NCBI GenBank assembly: GCA_046704805.1
Contig: JBJKRG010000248.1
Coordinates: 20,602 to 84,601, forward strand
Source: Gemmatimonadaceae bacterium
GTDB taxonomy: Bacteria; Gemmatimonadota; Gemmatimonadetes; Gemmatimonadales; Gemmatimonadaceae
Length of the DNA stretch: 64,000 nt
Direction: 5' to 3'
Shown: positions 35,317-44,726 of the stretch, piece by piece
How positions within the stretch are numbered: position 1 is the first letter of the stretch
How the letters are laid out: each line of letters opens with the position of its first letter
Translations under genes and position numbers: made by a program
The notes under the pieces: generated by a model
Database searches by the model: none
The model's input: the letters and a program-made list of their open reading frames with translations, nothing else
Told to the model about the DNA's origin: nothing

Positions 35317-36297
35317 ATGTTCTCGTTCACGTCTCGTGCATTCGGCCTCGGCATCGCGGCTGATGCTCCGGTTCCCGGCCTCGTGCCGACAGGAATCACC
35401 CATGTGGATCTGCACATTCACATGGGTCGCCTGCCTGACTCGCTCGAAACCGGAACACGACGGCTCCCGGAGATCTGGCGTTCTCCATCCGACGCGGACA
35501 CCCAGGGAGACGTGGTCACGATGCGGGCGAGCCCCGAGGGCGCCTTGCTCGTGCTCGAGTATGGTGACGGTACACGCTTCGCGTTGAGCCGACGGGGCGA
35601 TGAAGTCTGGGTGGGATGGCCCGAGGGGATTCCGGCTGCCGTGGCTGCGACATATCTCGCCGGCCCGGTGCTGGGATTTGCGCTGCGTCTTCGGGGCATC
35701 ACCTGTCTCCACGCGAGTGTGGCCGTCCTCGGCGGCCGGGCCGTGCTGTTCGTCGGGCCAGCCGGGATGGGAAAGTCCACCATCGCAGCGGCGCTCGCGC
35801 TCCGCGGGCACCGCGTGATCGCGGACGACATTGCCGCCCTCACCCACGCGCATGACGCGTGGATGGTCCAACCGGCGGTGCCCGGGCTCCGCTTGTGGGA
35901 CGATTCGGTCGAGCTGCTGCTCGGACGACGTGACGCTCTGCCGCTCATGGCACCGGGTTGGGACAAACGGCTGTTCGATCTCCAGTCGACGCCGGTGGGA
36001 TTTCATCCCGAGCATCCCGTTCCCCTCGGGCTGATCTACGTTCTCGATGACGACGGGACGGCCCCCGGTGCATCCGTCCGGCTCGGCGGGCGTGACGCAC
36101 TCATGGCGCTCGTCGCGAATACCTACGCGAACGTCCTGCTCGATGCCGATGCACGCCGGTCCGAGTTCGTGGAGGTCTCGGCGCTCGTCCGGGACGTACC
36201 GGTTCGCCGGATCACCGTGCCGCGGGACGGGCCCACTCTTGCGGCCTTCGCCGCCGTCATCGAACGCCAGGGCGACCATGACGCAGCGCGCGACTGA
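35317..36297 (+). CDS. HPr-kinase-related P-loop kinase
   Basis: Start re-picked at MFSFTSRAFG. LHASVAVLGGRAVLFVGPAGMGKSTIAAALALRGHRVIADD matches the HprK C-terminal domain (Walker A GxxGxGKS). Confidence 0.75.
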   Translation: MFSFTSRAFGLGIAADAPVPGLVPTGITHVDLHIHMGRLPDSLETGTRRLPEIWRSPSDADTQGDVVTMRASPEGALLVLEYGDGTRFALSRRGDEVWVGWPEGIPAAVAATYLAGPVLGFALRLRGITCLHASVAVLGGRAVLFVGPAGMGKSTIAAALALRGHRVIADDIAALTHAHDAWMVQPAVPGLRLWDDSVELLLGRRDALPLMAPGWDKRLFDLQSTPVGFHPEHPVPLGLIYVLDDDGTAPGASVRLGGRDALMALVANTYANVLLDADARRSEFVEVSALVRDVPVRRITVPRDGPTLAAFAAVIERQGDHDAARD

Positions 36298-37483
36298 CAG
36301 TCTGGAGGGCCTCGCCCCGTTACCTCGCCTGCTGTGCGCGTGTGCCGGCCCGCCCGACGTCGTGCCGGGCATCGGGCCGTCGACACTGTCGTTGCCGGAA
36401 CGGATCGAGTGGGCGGCGGTGCCATCCCAGTTGGTGCGGCACGGACTTCCCGTTCTCGGGGCAGCCTACCTGGCGCCGGCGTCCGATCGCATGCCCGCGT
36501 CCGTGTGGGGGGAGATCCAGGAGAATGCCCTGTTGGCACGGGCGACGGGGCTCGCCATGGCCGGAGAATTGCTTCGCGTCCTGGCGGCAGCCGCCGAGCG
36601 GGGCCTCCGCGTGCTTCCCTATAAGGGGCCCCTGCTCGCCTGGGAAGCCTACGGCGACCTTGGGGCGCGCCCCTTCGTGGATCTGGATCTGCTCTGTGCT
36701 CCCGGCGATGTCGACGCTCTGTTGGACGTGCTCCGGACGCTTGGCTACGCCGCTCTGCACCGGCTCTCGCCTGCTCGGGACGCCTGGTTCCGGCGGGTCG
36801 ACGGCGACTATCAGATGGTCCATGAAGACACGAGTACCCTGCTCGAAGTCCATACTCGGGCGCTGTCGCTCCGGCTCGCCCCCGGGCCGCCGGTCGCCGC
36901 GCTCTGGGAGCGTCGTCGGACGGTGGTCGTGTCGGGACAATCCATCACGGTGCTCGGCGCGGACGATCAGCTCTACCTGCAACTCGTTCACGGAGCCAAG
37001 CATCGATGGGAACGGCTCGAGTGGGTCGGAGCCACCGGCGCGCTGCTCCGCCGACGCCGTGGCGACGTCATGGCCCTGAAGGGCCCCGCCTATCCCGACA
37101 GCCGGGCCGTGGAGCTGGGCTGCCTGCTGGCGCACCAGCTCGTCGACGCTCCGCTCGCCCCCCGTATCGCCGGCACCGCGGAGATCGATCCCGTCGTGCA
37201 CCGTCTGGTCCTCGCGGCACGCCACCACCTCTTCGCGGAGCGGACGCCCGACGATCGCGCCGAAACGGCTGGAAAGCTCTGGTTCAACCTGCGCCTGCAG
37301 CGCGGGGTCCGCGCCCGGCTGCAGTTCCTGTATCGATGGATGGTGTGGCCCTCGCCCGAAGACTGGGCGGCGATTTCGCTCCCCGACCCCCTCTTCATCT
37401 GCTATCGCCTGCTCCGGCCGCTCCGTTTGCTGGGCCGGTATCTCGGACTGGCGGGCGCCCGCATGCGGAGCGTCGGTGGCTGA
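36278..37483 (+). CDS. Uncharacterised nucleotidyltransferase (NTP_transf_5-like)
   Basis: Start at MTQRATDSLEG (20-nt overlap with the kinase gene). LRVLPYKGPLLAWEAYGDLGARPFVDLDLLCAPGDVDALLDVLRTLGY and a C-terminal LFICYRLLRPLRLL segment. Confidence 0.7.
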   Translation: MTQRATDSLEGLAPLPRLLCACAGPPDVVPGIGPSTLSLPERIEWAAVPSQLVRHGLPVLGAAYLAPASDRMPASVWGEIQENALLARATGLAMAGELLRVLAAAAERGLRVLPYKGPLLAWEAYGDLGARPFVDLDLLCAPGDVDALLDVLRTLGYAALHRLSPARDAWFRRVDGDYQMVHEDTSTLLEVHTRALSLRLAPGPPVAALWERRRTVVVSGQSITVLGADDQLYLQLVHGAKHRWERLEWVGATGALLRRRRGDVMALKGPAYPDSRAVELGCLLAHQLVDAPLAPRIAGTAEIDPVVHRLVLAARHHLFAERTPDDRAETAGKLWFNLRLQRGVRARLQFLYRWMVWPSPEDWAAISLPDPLFICYRLLRPLRLLGRYLGLAGARMRSVGG

Positions 37484-39224
37484 GCGTTTCCTGCCCGCGC
37501 TTCGCACCCTGACGGGTCGTCTGCTGTCGGGGCAGCGGTGGCGCACGATCGGAGTGCTCGCCCTCATGATCGCGAATACCGTCGTGCAGGGAGCGACGGT
37601 GGCGCTGTTGATCCCGTTGCTGCACGCCGCCGGTGTCCCCACCGGCACGGGGGCCGTGGCGGCCGTCGACCGCGTGATCGCGGCGATGTTCCATGCGGTG
37701 GGCCTCGCACCCAGCCTCCCGGCGGTGCTGGCGCTCTTCGTGGCAGCGGCCTGGGCCCAGGCCACGCTCGAGCATCTGGAGCTTGTGGAGACCGCGTGGG
37801 TGGAGCAGGGGTTGGTGCGCGATCTGCGCGAAGCGCTGTACCGGCAGCTGTTGGCGGCACGGTGGCAGTTCTTCACTGAACGGCGCGGGTCCGACCTCAC
37901 GCATGCGGTCACCCGGGACACTGATCGGGCCGGAGCGGCGGTCGGCTACCTGCTGCGCGGAATCGCTCAATGCGGCAGCGTGGTCGTGTACGGAGCGCTC
38001 GCCATCGCGGTCTCTCCGATGGCGTCAGCGGTGGCGCTCGCCGGTGGCGCCGTCCTGGCGCTCGTGTTGCGCCAGACGTTCCGCTCCGCACACGCCACCG
38101 GGGAGGCGCTCGGCCTCGTGTCGGCCGATACGCTGGCCCTCGTGTCCCAGCACGTCGAGGCGATCAAGCTCGTGAAGAGCTACGGCGCCGAGGCGCGGGC
38201 GCTCGACGCCTTCGGCGCGATCGCCGACCAGTCCGCCCAGTCAGCGGTCGACGCGACCCGCGCACACGCCCGGGCCCATGTGGCGACCATCGCCGGCTCG
38301 GCCACCCTGCTGGGTGTCGTCGTCTTCGTCGCCCTGAGGACCCTGCATCTCGGCGCCGCCACGACGCTCGTGTTGGCATTCCTGTTCTGGCGGCTCGTGC
38401 CGCGGCTGATGGACGTCCAGCAGAGCATCCGCTTCGCGGTGCACGAGTTGCCCGGGTTTGAGGTTGTGCAGGGCCTGCTCCGGGCTTCGGACGAGGCACG
38501 GGAGACCCCCGCCGAGGCGGCAGCGGTGCCGGCGGTCGGACGGCTGGCGATCCGGAGTGGTGTGGAGTTCGACCACGTCTCCTTCGCCTACGGAGCGGCT
38601 CCGGTTCTGACCGACGCGTGCTTCGCCGTACCGGCCGGGCGAATCACGGCCTTCACCGGCCCTTCGGGGGTGGGAAAGACCACGCTGGTGGACCTCATGC
38701 TGGGGCTGCTGACGCCCTCGTCCGGCTCCATCCGCATCGACGGAGCACCGCTGAGCGCCGCCATGCTCCCACGCTGGCGGGCCGCCGTGGCCTACGTGCC
38801 GCAGGACGCCCTGCTCTTCCACGATACGATTCTCGCCAATCTGCGCTGGGCGAAGCCCGACGCCACCGTCTCTCAGGTCTGGGAAGCCCTGCGGGCCGCC
38901 GCTGCCGAGGATTTCGTCCGCGAGCTGCCTCAGGCCCTCGACACCGTGATCGGGGACCGCGGCGTTCGTCTCTCTGGCGGTGAACGCCAGCGCCTGGCCC
39001 TCGCCCGCGCGCTGCTACGCGAACCCGCACTCCTCGTCCTGGACGAGGCCACGAGCGCGGTCGACGCCGAGAGCGAAGCCCATATCCTGCAAGCCCTCGA
39101 GGCCGTGCGGGGATCGATCACGATCGTGCTCGTCAGCCACCGGGCGGAACCCGTAAGACGCGCCGATCTGGTCTACGTGTTGGAGGCCGGCACCGTCGGC
39201 CGTCAGCCCTCGGACGCCGTGTAG
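37476..39224 (+). CDS. ABC exporter, fused permease-ATPase (McjD/MsbA-type)
   Basis: 582 aa, GTG start overlapping the upstream stop (GTGGCTGA). 6-TM N-half. Walker A GPSGVGKTT, signature LSGGERQRLALARALL, Walker B LLVLDEATSAVD. Confidence 0.9.
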   Translation: MAERFLPALRTLTGRLLSGQRWRTIGVLALMIANTVVQGATVALLIPLLHAAGVPTGTGAVAAVDRVIAAMFHAVGLAPSLPAVLALFVAAAWAQATLEHLELVETAWVEQGLVRDLREALYRQLLAARWQFFTERRGSDLTHAVTRDTDRAGAAVGYLLRGIAQCGSVVVYGALAIAVSPMASAVALAGGAVLALVLRQTFRSAHATGEALGLVSADTLALVSQHVEAIKLVKSYGAEARALDAFGAIADQSAQSAVDATRAHARAHVATIAGSATLLGVVVFVALRTLHLGAATTLVLAFLFWRLVPRLMDVQQSIRFAVHELPGFEVVQGLLRASDEARETPAEAAAVPAVGRLAIRSGVEFDHVSFAYGAAPVLTDACFAVPAGRITAFTGPSGVGKTTLVDLMLGLLTPSSGSIRIDGAPLSAAMLPRWRAAVAYVPQDALLFHDTILANLRWAKPDATVSQVWEALRAAAAEDFVRELPQALDTVIGDRGVRLSGGERQRLALARALLREPALLVLDEATSAVDAESEAHILQALEAVRGSITIVLVSHRAEPVRRADLVYVLEAGTVGRQPSDAV

Positions 39225-41671
39225 CCGTACCCGTAGTAGTAGTTGCCGTAGCGCCCGTAGCGGGGGGTGCGCGCGTCGGGATCGTTGAGCACGGCCCCCA
39301 GCATCCGGCCCCCCAGATGTCCGATCTGCTCGACCGCATGGCGCGCCGCTACTCGCTCCGACTTCCCGGCGCGGACCACGAGCACGACTCCGTCCGCCTG
39401 AACACCCATCAGCGCCGCGTCCGCCGTCACAAGGACCGGTGGCGTATCGATGAGGACCACGTCGAATCGCTCCCGCAGGGTCGCGAGCAGATCGCGCATG
39501 CGCTCACCCCCCAGGAACTCCAGTGGGTTCGGAGGGAGCGTTCCAGCGGGAATGACGCTCAGCCCCGCGATTCCCGACGGGCGGACACCCTGTTCGAGGG
39601 TCGCGTTTCCGACCAGCATGTCGGTGAGTCCCGGCTCCATGCCGAGACCGAATACATCGTGGATTCGCGCACGCCGCAGATCGGCGTCGACGAGCACGAC
39701 GTGTCGGCCCTGCTGGGCGAAGGCCACGGCCAGGTTGGCGACCGTGGTCGTCTTCCCCTCGCCCGCCGAAGCACTCGTGACCACGACCACGCGCAGCCCG
39801 GGGCGTGAGGCCGAGTACATGAGGTTGGTCATCAGCTTCCGGTACGATTCGGCGCTGGCGGACCGTACGTCGTTCACCATCACCAACTCGCTGCCGACCT
39901 CGTCGCTGAGCACCCCGCGCTGCGGGACGAGTCTGGGCAGCAGGTGGTGCGCGGTGCCGCGCAGGCGGCTCGGCCACCCCTGTCTCTGATCGCCGGCGAT
40001 CTGCGGGATCAGGCCCAGCCCGGGTACGCGCATGACCGATTCCAGGTCTTCCCACCGCCGTACGCTGCTGTTCAGCCGGTCGGTGACCACGGTGAGACCG
40101 ATGCCGAGCAGCAACCCGAGGAACGCTCCATACGTCAGCTTCCGCTTTCGCCCGGCGCCGATCGAGGCGCTCGGAAATTGCGCCAGGTCGACGATCTGGA
40201 CCTGCCCCGTCTCCACGGCTTCCGAGATCTTCGCGACCTGCAACTCGTCATTGAGCTTGTCCGACATCTTCAGGATGTTGTCGGCATCTCGCTGCAACCG
40301 CTGCTCCGTCTCCTCCACGCCCGGGATTGCGGCGATCTCCTGGGTGCGATGCGCCCGCAGGCTGTCGACGGCTGCGATCTCGCCTTCCACATTGGCGAGC
40401 TGATTCTGGACAGCCGTGCGTAGCTGCGGCTCGGTCGCCGTGATCAGCGCATCCACGCGCTCCACGGCCGGGTGCTTGGCGGTCCGGGCGAACAGACCCG
40501 TCGTCAGGGAGTCACGCGTGTGCTCGTACTGGGCGAGCTCGGTGTACAGCATGTTGATCGACGCGTTGCCCGCCGGATTGACCACGAACGCCATCGTACG
40601 CAGAGCCGTGGAATCTCCCTGCTCGTAGCGCCGTAGCTCGCCGAGCAGGGACTGGTAGGTTGCGCGCGACTCGTGCAGGGTCTGCGCCTGTGTGTTGAGG
40701 GCCGCCAGGTCCGCCTGCTCGGCGTTGTACTTGTCCTGCGCGCTGAGGGCGAGCGTGCGGCGACGGTACGCGGCGAGTTTGGCCTGGGCGATCGCCAGCA
40801 GCGAGTCGGTCGTCGTGAGCTGGCTCTCGATGAAGATGCGCCGTCGGTGGGACTGCTGCCGCGCCGCTTCGGCATTCTCTGCCTTGAACACCTCGGCGAC
40901 TTCGCTGGCCACCGCCTGGGCCGTGTAGGGGTCGTCGCAGGTGTACGTGATGTCGATCACCGAGGTCATATCCCGCGGCTTCGCCGTGAGGCTGGCCAGC
41001 AGCCCGTCGGCCGCCACGTCCTGCGACACGACGTCGAGCACTGCCGTCGCGACCCTCGGACTGGCGCGCACCGTGAAGGTCACCCCGCCCGTCGTGACCG
41101 GCGTTCCATAGTCGCCGATGATCGAGTCCCGCTCGCTGTACACCACGAAGTGCGACGGGGCGAATCGCAGGTTCAGTGTGGTCGTCGCCGCATCGAGCGC
41201 GACATGAACGTGCTCCAGCGCCCCCACGTGGAAGTCGGGCGTGCGGCTCTGCAGCCGGAGGCCCAGCGAATCCACCACCCGGTCGGCAATGATCCGGCTC
41301 TTGATCACCTGCACCTGGGTAAGGATCGGGTCGGTGTAGCCACCGAATCCGCCGTTGTAGTCCGGCACCAGGTTCCCGCTCATCGCGGCGCCCTGATCGG
41401 TCAGGCGAACCGCGCTCGCAGCACGATAGAGCGGAAGGTCGTCCCGCACCCGGTACCACTGATACCCGATCGCTCCGGCGGTCGTGAGGAGGATGATCCA
41501 CCAGTAGCGCCGGATGATGGAGAGATACTGGCGCAGCGGATTCGGCTCGGCGTTGGACGAGTCGGTGCCGAATCCCTGGTAGTTCCCCCCGCCCGGCGGA
41601 TAGGGGATCGCGGGGAGGCTGCTGCCCTCCCGGGGACGGCTTACGCCCATGGACGGTTTATGCTCCGACAC
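39203..41671 (-). CDS. Polysaccharide co-polymerase / tyrosine autokinase (Wzc/GumC-type)
   Basis: 822 aa. Wzz-like N-domain with coiled coil, P-loop VTSASAGEGKTT, Walker B VLIDTPPV, and a Tyr-rich tail YGRYGNYYYGYGY. GTG start preceded by GGAGGA. Confidence 0.9.
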   Translation of the reverse strand: MSEHKPSMGVSRPREGSSLPAIPYPPGGGNYQGFGTDSSNAEPNPLRQYLSIIRRYWWIILLTTAGAIGYQWYRVRDDLPLYRAASAVRLTDQGAAMSGNLVPDYNGGFGGYTDPILTQVQVIKSRIIADRVVDSLGLRLQSRTPDFHVGALEHVHVALDAATTTLNLRFAPSHFVVYSERDSIIGDYGTPVTTGGVTFTVRASPRVATAVLDVVSQDVAADGLLASLTAKPRDMTSVIDITYTCDDPYTAQAVASEVAEVFKAENAEAARQQSHRRRIFIESQLTTTDSLLAIAQAKLAAYRRRTLALSAQDKYNAEQADLAALNTQAQTLHESRATYQSLLGELRRYEQGDSTALRTMAFVVNPAGNASINMLYTELAQYEHTRDSLTTGLFARTAKHPAVERVDALITATEPQLRTAVQNQLANVEGEIAAVDSLRAHRTQEIAAIPGVEETEQRLQRDADNILKMSDKLNDELQVAKISEAVETGQVQIVDLAQFPSASIGAGRKRKLTYGAFLGLLLGIGLTVVTDRLNSSVRRWEDLESVMRVPGLGLIPQIAGDQRQGWPSRLRGTAHHLLPRLVPQRGVLSDEVGSELVMVNDVRSASAESYRKLMTNLMYSASRPGLRVVVVTSASAGEGKTTTVANLAVAFAQQGRHVVLVDADLRRARIHDVFGLGMEPGLTDMLVGNATLEQGVRPSGIAGLSVIPAGTLPPNPLEFLGGERMRDLLATLRERFDVVLIDTPPVLVTADAALMGVQADGVVLVVRAGKSERVAARHAVEQIGHLGGRMLGAVLNDPDARTPRYGRYGNYYYGYGYTASEG

Positions 41672-42818
41672 GAATCCTCCCGCGGGCCTGCTGTTCGTCG
41701 CCGGCCAGCACGGCTCCGTACAGCGCCAGGGTGCGCTCGGTCATCCCATCCAGGGTGTAGTGGTCGAAGACACGCCGCCGGCCGGCGGCACCCATGCAGC
41801 CGGCGAGGTCCGGGTCGTCCAACAGCCGTGTTAGCGCGTGCGCCAGGGCATCCGGATTGGCAGGCGGAACGGTGAACCCCGTGACCCCATCCACGGACAC
41901 GCCCGGTACGCCCGACGGTAGCCGCGTATTGACCACGGGTAGACCGGCGGCCATGGCTTCCAGTTGGACAATGCCGAACGCCTCACTCCGGCGGTGGGAG
42001 GGGAGCGCGAACACGCGGGCGGCATGGTAGTACGGCGTCGGGTCCGGCACGTGGCCGAGCAGACTCACGCGGTCGCCGACGTTCTGAGACGCGATCTCCG
42101 CACGGAGCGTGTCGTGCATCGGCCCCTGACCGATGATCAGGGCGTGTCCCCGGACCGATCGCATCGCACGGATCAGGAATTCCAGCCCCTTGTAGTACAC
42201 GAGCCGCCCGACGGCGAGAACGATCCGGTCGCCGTACGTCCGGCGGATCCGCGTGACGGCCGCGGAGTCCGCCCGGACGAAGCGCTCCGGGTCGATCGCC
42301 ATCGGAATGACGACACAGCGGTCGCGGTATCGTTCGAGCATCGGCGACGATTCGAGGTATTCGCGAGAACTGACGATGATGGCATCGGCGCGGGACAACA
42401 CCGCCCGCACAATCGGCTCGTAGACCAGGTTGAGCAGGCGTTGTTGGACCACGTCGCTATGATAGGTGACGATCAGCCGGCCCCGATGGCCACTTGCCAG
42501 GTAACTGAGGAAGGCGGAGGGGTTCGGGTGGTGGAGATGGACGACGTCGGCTCCGCTGCGGCGGATCAGCCCCCGGAGATCGGGACAGAGCGGGGCGCTG
42601 CGGACCGTAGCCCAGGTGCCGGCCCGGGTGACCGGCACGCCGTCCACGATCTCGTGAACCGTGCGCCGTGTGCGACCGGACACCAGCACGTCGAGGTCGG
42701 CCCGGTCGCGCAACCGGCGGCACAGGCCCTCCAGGTGCGTCTCCATCCCTCCCTCGTCGGGCGGGTAGAACTTGCCGACCTGAAGCACTCGGACCCTAGC
42801 CACGTGCCACCTCCGCAT
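41658..42818 (-). CDS. Glycosyltransferase family 4
   Basis: VLQVGKFYPPDEGGMETHL N-terminus; C-half ...PSHRRSEAFGIVQLEAMAAGLPVV (EX7E). Start is either ATG 42818 or GTG 42803. Confidence 0.8.
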   Translation of the reverse strand: MRRWHVARVRVLQVGKFYPPDEGGMETHLEGLCRRLRDRADLDVLVSGRTRRTVHEIVDGVPVTRAGTWATVRSAPLCPDLRGLIRRSGADVVHLHHPNPSAFLSYLASGHRGRLIVTYHSDVVQQRLLNLVYEPIVRAVLSRADAIIVSSREYLESSPMLERYRDRCVVIPMAIDPERFVRADSAAVTRIRRTYGDRIVLAVGRLVYYKGLEFLIRAMRSVRGHALIIGQGPMHDTLRAEIASQNVGDRVSLLGHVPDPTPYYHAARVFALPSHRRSEAFGIVQLEAMAAGLPVVNTRLPSGVPGVSVDGVTGFTVPPANPDALAHALTRLLDDPDLAGCMGAAGRRRVFDHYTLDGMTERTLALYGAVLAGDEQQARGRIRVGA

Positions 42819-43941
42819 ACAACTGCGCCATGCGCTCGGCGTATGCCTCCCACGTGAATCTCGCCGCCCGGACCGCCGCCGCCTGCCGTCGACGTTCCCA
42901 CGCCTCCGGCGACGTCGCACGCTCGGTCAGCAGTTCCCCGATCATTCGGACCCAATGCTCGACGTCGCCCGCCGGAGCATATGTGATGGACGATCCACCC
43001 ACCTCTCGCAGCACAGGCAGGTCGCTGGCGACGACCGGGGTTCCGCAGGCCATCGCTTCCACGACCGGCAGACCGAATCCCTCCGCGGCCGAGGGCAACA
43101 GGACCAGGGCCGCGTCCCGGTAGAGCCCCGCCAGCTCGGCGTGGCTCACCGGTGGCATGACCCGGATCGCGTCCTCGACGCCTAGTGTTCGGGCCAGCGC
43201 CGTCTGCGCCGGCGTGAACGCTCCGCCCACGCGGACGAGGCGCATCGTCGGCGCGTGCTCCCGTACCCGGGCGAGCACGTTCAACAGCACGTCGATTCGC
43301 TTGCGCGCGATGGTGCTGCCCACGTGGAGCAGCGTCACCGGGCCGTCGGCGATCTCTCGCGTTGCGGGGGTACCGCGCGTGAATGCGGGATGCACGCCCA
43401 GCGGCACGACTTCCAGGCGCTCCGTGCGCAGGCCGTGCGTCACGAGCGCTTCCCGGGTCGCTTCGCTGTCGCAGGCCACGATCGCCGCCGCGCGAACTCC
43501 GGCCAGGAGGCGCTCGGTCATCCGGCGAAACGCGGCCGATCTGGGCTCGTTTGCGGGGTCGAACAGGGAACGGAACGCGTCCACGTCATGGCAGGTGACC
43601 ACGGTATGCTCGGCCGGCAGCTCGCGTACGAGATGGGCGTACGTGTGGTCAACGACGTGGTAGGCTCCGTATGTCCCGCGGTGCCGGCGCAGCCATCGTG
43701 GATATCGCCGATGCCGATCGAGATACCGGTTGGCGTTCACGAGGGCCCGGACGTGGGCCGCGCGGGCCAGCGTTGCCGGCCACCGCGGCATCGTCGGCCG
43801 CAGACGCGCAGGCTGCACCGGCGGCGCGGCCACGCCGGGCAGGGTGCGCACGAGTTGATCGGCCACGAGATCCATGCTCGGCCACCGCTCCTCGAGCAGG
43901 TCGCACACGATGCCGACCGGAATCGGCGCGCTCGGAGTCAT
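42796..43941 (-). CDS. Glycosyltransferase family 4
   Basis: Start MTPSAPIPVGIV (ATGA overlap at 43938-43941). LPSAAEGFGLPVVEAMACGTPVV EX7E motif. Confidence 0.8.
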   Translation of the reverse strand: MTPSAPIPVGIVCDLLEERWPSMDLVADQLVRTLPGVAAPPVQPARLRPTMPRWPATLARAAHVRALVNANRYLDRHRRYPRWLRRHRGTYGAYHVVDHTYAHLVRELPAEHTVVTCHDVDAFRSLFDPANEPRSAAFRRMTERLLAGVRAAAIVACDSEATREALVTHGLRTERLEVVPLGVHPAFTRGTPATREIADGPVTLLHVGSTIARKRIDVLLNVLARVREHAPTMRLVRVGGAFTPAQTALARTLGVEDAIRVMPPVSHAELAGLYRDAALVLLPSAAEGFGLPVVEAMACGTPVVASDLPVLREVGGSSITYAPAGDVEHWVRMIGELLTERATSPEAWERRRQAAAVRAARFTWEAYAERMAQLYAEVARG

Positions 43942-44726
43942 CGGGGGGTGCAGACGAACCAGGCCTGGCTGGCGAGCTGCGGCCCGAGTTGCGACAGCGG
44001 GGAGAAGCGGGTCTGCACCACCCGGAACGTCTGGTCGACGCGCCGGCGCATTGCCCGCCAGTTGAACCCCTTGTGGCCGTGGTACCGGTTCGGGATGCCG
44101 GGAGCGAACTCGCTCTCGTACACCGGCCGCTCGACGACCGTCCGTTCCCCCGGCGCCAGCATCCGCAGAAACTCGCGCGGACGGTATCGCTCGCGGTGAC
44201 GATAGTCCGTGGACACCCGGCGGGCCGCCACGGCGCGTGCGACCTGCTTCACGACGAGCGGCAGCCCGGTCTCCACGGGCACACTGATGATCACCCGGGC
44301 ATCCGGGGCCGCCAGCCGGTGCATGCGGGACAGCACGCGCTCCACCGCCTCCGGTGGGCAGTGCTCGAGCACTTCCGTGCAGAGCACGATGCCGAACGTG
44401 CCCGCCGCCAGCCCATCGCTCTCCGTGGCCAGCAGGAATCGAAGATCGCCAGCACCGGATCCGTCCAGACGCGAGCGGCAGTTCTCCACCAACCCGGGAT
44501 CGACTTCCAACCCAACCGAGCCGGGGAACGCACCGCGGGCCATGGCCAGGAAGGTGCCGTCCCCACACCCATAGTCCAGCAATGGCCGCCCCGCATACGG
44601 CGCCGCCAGGGCGAGCGCCGTCTCGAACCGTCGGCGGTGGCTCCACGACAGGATGGAGCACCCCCCGAAGAGTTGCTTCCGGGCGTACGTGCCGCCGTAG
44701 AGCGTTTCAGCTTCGCGGTCCGTCAT
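43938..44726 (-). CDS. Class I SAM-dependent methyltransferase
   Basis: Start MTDREAETLYG. LLDYGCGDGTFL (motif I) and VLCTEVLEHCPPE. Confidence 0.8.
   Translation of the reverse strand: MTDREAETLYGGTYARKQLFGGCSILSWSHRRRFETALALAAPYAGRPLLDYGCGDGTFLAMARGAFPGSVGLEVDPGLVENCRSRLDGSGAGDLRFLLATESDGLAAGTFGIVLCTEVLEHCPPEAVERVLSRMHRLAAPDARVIISVPVETGLPLVVKQVARAVAARRVSTDYRHRERYRPREFLRMLAPGERTVVERPVYESEFAPGIPNRYHGHKGFNWRAMRRRVDQTFRVVQTRFSPLSQLGPQLASQAWFVCTPR

Noticed and set aside
34190-35587. Alternative-frame ORFs 34190..34909 and 35195..35587 as possible missing B2 protease or second precursor.
   Set aside because: Both lie largely inside the cyclase and kinase reading frames. They have Arg/Ser/Pro-rich artefact composition and no Cys-His-Asp transglutaminase-like pattern.
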